Assembly (NCBI GenBank): GCA_038213375.1
Contig: JBBQTB010000001.1
Span: 36,785 to 100,784 of the forward strand
Source: Bacteroidales bacterium
Lineage (GTDB): Bacteria; Bacteroidota; Bacteroidia; Bacteroidales; JAAUTT01
Direction of reading: 5' to 3'
DNA length: 64,000 bases
How positions within the stretch are numbered: the first letter of the stretch is position 1; every line of letters begins with the position of its first letter. Under the pieces are notes generated by a model. That model was given only the letters and a program-made list of their open reading frames with translations. It was not told the origin of the DNA and did not search any database. This document shows, piece after piece, positions 60,180 through 64,000 of this stretch. A program made the position numbers and the translations under genes.

Positions 60180-60449
60180 TAAATGGATCGATGTTTTTCA
60201 TAACAAAAATATATTTGATATAACCTATTTACCAGCTGGCGAGACTTAGCATTACGTACCCATTTTAACCGTCGTTGGTAATGGCATTTGCGCAGCAAGA
60301 ACAAAAATAGTAAACTGAAAGTAAAATACGTATGTGGCACAAATATAAAATACGGATAATTAGGTTGAAAGGCACGGATTGCAAATCAGCGCCAGCGAAG
60401 ATAACATAGTCTAACAGCCTTTAACTTATTTACTTGATTACTTATTTGT

Positions 60450-61574
60450 TTACCTCACCACAACCTCTACCCGTCTGTTTTTTTTCCGTCCTTCGGGAGT
60501 TTCATTTGTTGCAATGGGTTGGGTACTTGCAAAACCTTTGAAGGAGATTCTTTTTTCTATAACACCATTTTCTTTTAGGAAGTTGGCCACTGTTTCTGCG
60601 CGATGGAGCGATAGTTTCTGGTTATGCAATTCATTACCGGTATCGTCTGTATGTCCGCAAATTTCAATAGTTAAACCGGGTTTATCGGTAAGAAGCTTAC
60701 TGAGTTTTTGCAATTCATGATATGATTCTGGCAAAAGCTCATATTTATCAACATCGAAGAAAATATTTCTTAAGATAAAAGGTTGGTTTATTATGACTTC
60801 TGTCGATGAAGGAGTGTCGAATGCCATCGTTTTTTCTGATTTTGAGGATGGAAAAAAATTGTCGTTGGGGTTTGTATGTCGCCAGCGGTTGTTTCGGATG
60901 AGCGTCAAATAGTCGGTGAAATCGCAAGTTGGTTGGCCATTGGCAGGTTTCAGCGCCACATTATCGATGTAATATGTTGACCGTCTTTTTTCTTTTCCCT
61001 CAAAATCAATTTCCTTATATTCAGTTAGAAGATGTGGGCGAAAGTTTCCTATAAGTAAATACTTTTCTGTTCCGTTGGCAATATACGACGATGTTAATGT
61101 AATCCACTTCCCCTTTGGATCGTACCAAAAGCGCTCGTTTCGAAATTTGACTTGTGGATTTGCAGCAATAATCTGATTTTCAGGAGTAATAATATAGTTG
61201 GATACAAACCAAATACCGATTTCTTTTACGGCAAACTCTTCAGGTTTAAGTTGCATACTGATATTATATTTGCGACCTTTTTCCAGCGGACAAAGAATTG
61301 ATGTTTGAAGATATTCACGATATTTTCCTCTGTCTTGCAAGCTAAAAGGAACAAACGAAGTCCAGTGAGCTGATGCGATCGTATCTCCCTTTTTAAATTC
61401 GCTGTAATAACTTGGAGGGTCCGATGATGTGAGCCTCCATCCCATAGGGCCACATTTAAGATTGAACTCAATGCAAATAACCTCTTCCTCAAAATCGCCA
61501 TTGGGAATCAGATTTTGAGCATTTACTATAGCTCCAGTTATTATCAAAAGAGTTACGATAGAAAATTTCTTCAT
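60450..61574 (-). CDS. OmpA-family peptidoglycan-binding protein
   Basis: Signal peptide, QNLIPNGDFEE, GHTDDTG...LS..RA and NRRVE. Confidence 0.9.
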   Translation of the reverse strand: MKKFSIVTLLIITGAIVNAQNLIPNGDFEEEVICIEFNLKCGPMGWRLTSSDPPSYYSEFKKGDTIASAHWTSFVPFSLQDRGKYREYLQTSILCPLEKGRKYNISMQLKPEEFAVKEIGIWFVSNYIITPENQIIAANPQVKFRNERFWYDPKGKWITLTSSYIANGTEKYLLIGNFRPHLLTEYKEIDFEGKEKRRSTYYIDNVALKPANGQPTCDFTDYLTLIRNNRWRHTNPNDNFFPSSKSEKTMAFDTPSSTEVIINQPFILRNIFFDVDKYELLPESYHELQKLSKLLTDKPGLTIEICGHTDDTGNELHNQKLSLHRAETVANFLKENGVIEKRISFKGFASTQPIATNETPEGRKKNRRVEVVVR

Positions 61575-61754
61575 ACTACAAAATTCGATGTTACTAATTT
61601 AGAAAAAATCTGTTTTTAAAGTCAATACTTCACGCAAAGTTCACAAAGTTTTAGCAAAGCATGCAAAGAAATGGATTATATATAACGCAAGATGCATGAA
61701 AAAGAAGATAAATTTGTTATAAATCTGAGCCAGCTAAAACCCAGATATTTTTTT

Positions 61755-61800
61755 ACTTACGACTTGATACTTGATGCTTACTACTTACTACTTACTACTT
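61755..61800. repeat. Heptamer tandem repeat (ACTTACT/ACTTGAT, about 6.5 units)
   Basis: ACTTACG ACTTGAT ACTTGAT GCTTACT ACTTACT ACTTACT ACTT. Confidence 0.8.
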
Positions 61801-61870
61801 TTTTAATTGAAATCTTGGTGTATTGGATTTTATTATATATTTGCCAATCCTAATTAAAAAAGTGACTTGA

Positions 61871-62746
61871 ATGAATGGACTAAGAATAATCGTTTTAGCT
61901 AAACAAGTTCCCGATACACGAAATGTGGGAAAGGATGCCATGAAGGCCGATGGTACTGTAAACCGCGCTGCATTGGCAGCTATTTACAATCCCGAGGATC
62001 TTAACGCGTTGGAACAGGCTTTACGTTTAAAAGACAAATACCCAGGTACTACTATTACCATATTGACTATGGGACCCGGCAGAGCAGCCGAAATAATCCG
62101 CGAAAGCATTTACCGTGGAGCTGATAATGGATTTCTGTTAACGGACAGAGCATTTGCCGGATCCGATACTCTGGCTACTTCTTATGCCTTATCGTGCGCT
62201 ATTAAAACCATTGGAGAATTCGATCTGGTCATTTGTGGTCGTCAAGCTATTGATGGTGATACAGCCCAGGTGGGTCCTCAGGTTGCTGAGAAATTAAAAA
62301 TTCCACAAATCACTTATGCCGAAGATGTTATATCAGTAACTAAAGGTAAGATAAAAGTAAAACGTCGGTTGGACCGTGGTGTTGAGATTGTTGAAGGTCC
62401 ATTGCCTCTTGTAATCACAGTAAACGGAACAGCTCCTGAATGTCGTCCACGCAATGCCAAACGGGTAATGAAATATAAACATGCATCTTCTGTTTCCGAA
62501 CGTCAAAATTCTTCTGAAGATTATATTACTTTATACAACGAGCGCCCATACCTGAATATACCTGAATTAAGCCTTAAGGATACAAAAGCTATTGAAACAG
62601 AGGTTGGATTAATGGGATCGCCAACAAAAGTTAAAAAAATAGAAAATGTTGTATTTCAGGTAAAAGAATCGAAAGTTCTTTCGGCATCCGATGAAGATAT
62701 TGAAAATATGATGGTAGAGCTTATTACTAACCATACGTTGGGATAA
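61871..62746 (+). CDS. etfB: Electron transfer flavoprotein beta subunit
   Basis: KQVPDT, GSDTLATS and GRQAIDGDTAQVG. Confidence 0.95.
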   Translation: MNGLRIIVLAKQVPDTRNVGKDAMKADGTVNRAALAAIYNPEDLNALEQALRLKDKYPGTTITILTMGPGRAAEIIRESIYRGADNGFLLTDRAFAGSDTLATSYALSCAIKTIGEFDLVICGRQAIDGDTAQVGPQVAEKLKIPQITYAEDVISVTKGKIKVKRRLDRGVEIVEGPLPLVITVNGTAPECRPRNAKRVMKYKHASSVSERQNSSEDYITLYNERPYLNIPELSLKDTKAIETEVGLMGSPTKVKKIENVVFQVKESKVLSASDEDIENMMVELITNHTLG

Positions 62747-62865
62747 TATTCCGGTTGTAATGACTGCATACGTTGTGGAAGATAATAAATCTTACCGGAT
62801 AGCTATCCATTAGTGATCACTTCTACAACTTGTTTTTATCCATAAAAAAAGAATACTAAATACTT

Positions 62866-63885
62866 ATGAATAACATATTTGTATATTGCGAAGTTGAAAA
62901 TGGCGTTGTTGCCGATGTTAGCCTCGAATTGCTTACAAAAGGCCGGAAGCTTGCTGATCAGCTTAAATGTCAGCTGGAAGCTTTGGTTATAGGGTCTAAC
63001 CTCAATGGAATCGAAAGTCAGATTTTTCCATATGGAGTAAATCGAATAAATATTGCAGATGATGAACGTCTGTTTCCATACACCACTCACCCTCATACTG
63101 CTATCACTGTAAAGCTTTTTCAGGAAGAAAAACCTCAGGTGGCCCTGATGGGTGCTACCAGTATAGGTCGTGATCTTGGTCCTCGGGTTTCTTCAGCTCT
63201 TCACAGCGGTTTAACAGCCGACTGCACTGGCCTTGAAATTGGAGGTCACGAAGATAAAAAAGAAGGGAAAGTATACGAGAACCTCCTGTATCAAATTCGT
63301 CCGGCATTTGGAGGAAATATTGTCGCTACCATCATCAACCCCGAATGCCGTCCGCAGATGGCCACTGTTCGTGAAGGGGTTATGAAAAAAGAAATTTTAT
63401 CTGCCACCTTCAAGGGGGAATTACGGCATCTGGACGTAAAAAAGTATACTCAAGATACCGATTTCATGATTAAAGTGATTGAACGTCACATGGAAGCTTC
63501 CAAAGTGAACATCAAAAATTCTTCCATTATTGTAGCTGGTGGCTATGGAGTTGGTTCGCGCGAAAATTTCAATAAACTTTACGAACTTGCTGAAGTTTTG
63601 GGCGCCGAGGTGGGGGCATCCCGTGCGGCTATTGATGCAGGTTATGCCGACCATAACCGTCAGATTGGACAAACCGGAGTAACTGTTCGCCCTAAATTAT
63701 ATATTGCCTGTGGTATTTCGGGCCAGATTCAGCACACTGCCGGCATGCAGGAATCGGCCATGGTCATCTCGATTAATACGGATCCCAACGCTCCAATCAA
63801 CAAAATAGCAGACTATGTTATCACCGGAGAAATTTCGGAAATCGTTCCAAGGATGATCAAATATTATAAGAAAAATTCAAAGTAA
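62866..63885 (+). CDS. etfA: Electron transfer flavoprotein alpha subunit
   Basis: GLTADCT, RPAFGGN, QIGQTG and GISGQIQH. Confidence 0.95.
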   Translation: MNNIFVYCEVENGVVADVSLELLTKGRKLADQLKCQLEALVIGSNLNGIESQIFPYGVNRINIADDERLFPYTTHPHTAITVKLFQEEKPQVALMGATSIGRDLGPRVSSALHSGLTADCTGLEIGGHEDKKEGKVYENLLYQIRPAFGGNIVATIINPECRPQMATVREGVMKKEILSATFKGELRHLDVKKYTQDTDFMIKVIERHMEASKVNIKNSSIIVAGGYGVGSRENFNKLYELAEVLGAEVGASRAAIDAGYADHNRQIGQTGVTVRPKLYIACGISGQIQHTAGMQESAMVISINTDPNAPINKIADYVITGEISEIVPRMIKYYKKNSK

Positions 63886-63905
63886 ACCCCAAAAATTGTA
63901 AGGAG

Positions 63906-64000
63906 ATGGCTAATTTTTATACCGATAATAAAGACCTTAGATTTCACCTCGCTCATCCTTTGATGAAGAAAATTGTAGCATTAAAGGAAGATGGATTTGG
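63906..64000 (+). CDS. Probable acyl-CoA dehydrogenase, 5' end (runs off the window)
   Basis: MANFYTDNKDLRFHLAHPLMKKIVALKE directly after etfA; only about 31 codons are visible. Confidence 0.65.
   Translation, partial: MANFYTDNKDLRFHLAHPLMKKIVALKEDGF

Noticed and set aside
60371-60397. GGCACGGATTGCAAATCAGCGCC as a tRNA fragment
   Set aside because: No cloverleaf can be formed; it is more likely a single degenerate REP-like hairpin.

Overview
This is a low-GC bacterial chromosome segment. TAnnTTTG -7 promoters, T9SS cargo and the gene families point to Bacteroidota, probably an environmental Bacteroidales. Two clusters of general-stress genes (about 1-16.9 kb and 45.0-48.3 kb) hold glgX, DUF748, CsbD, YtxH, DUF1328, PA2169-family, DUF4142, Mn-catalase, YciF and Fet4-like genes. 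They sit among housekeeping genes (hup, dnaX, icd, ftnA, ffs, a DEAD-box helicase, etfBA) and a 3464-aa repetitive surface protein. The strongest unexplained signal is one promoter architecture in front of eight transcription units of both clusters, plus one orphan copy: RTGGDAATB-ATRYAA-N15/16-RTRTAA-N22-(T/C)AnnTTTR. It looks like the regulon of the AraC-family protein encoded with a CHASE3/PAS kinase and a single-domain response regulator, i.e. a candidate activator-driven general stress response. Also seen: an A10 slippage site in dnaX, two MITE-like elements carrying REP-like hairpins, a palindromic repeat family bracketing the regulatory cassette and the second stress cluster, several deletion-scar pseudogenes, and a methyltransferase-ATP-grasp fusion with a short Pro-Pro upstream ORF. 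Family names come from motif recognition by eye; no database search was run.
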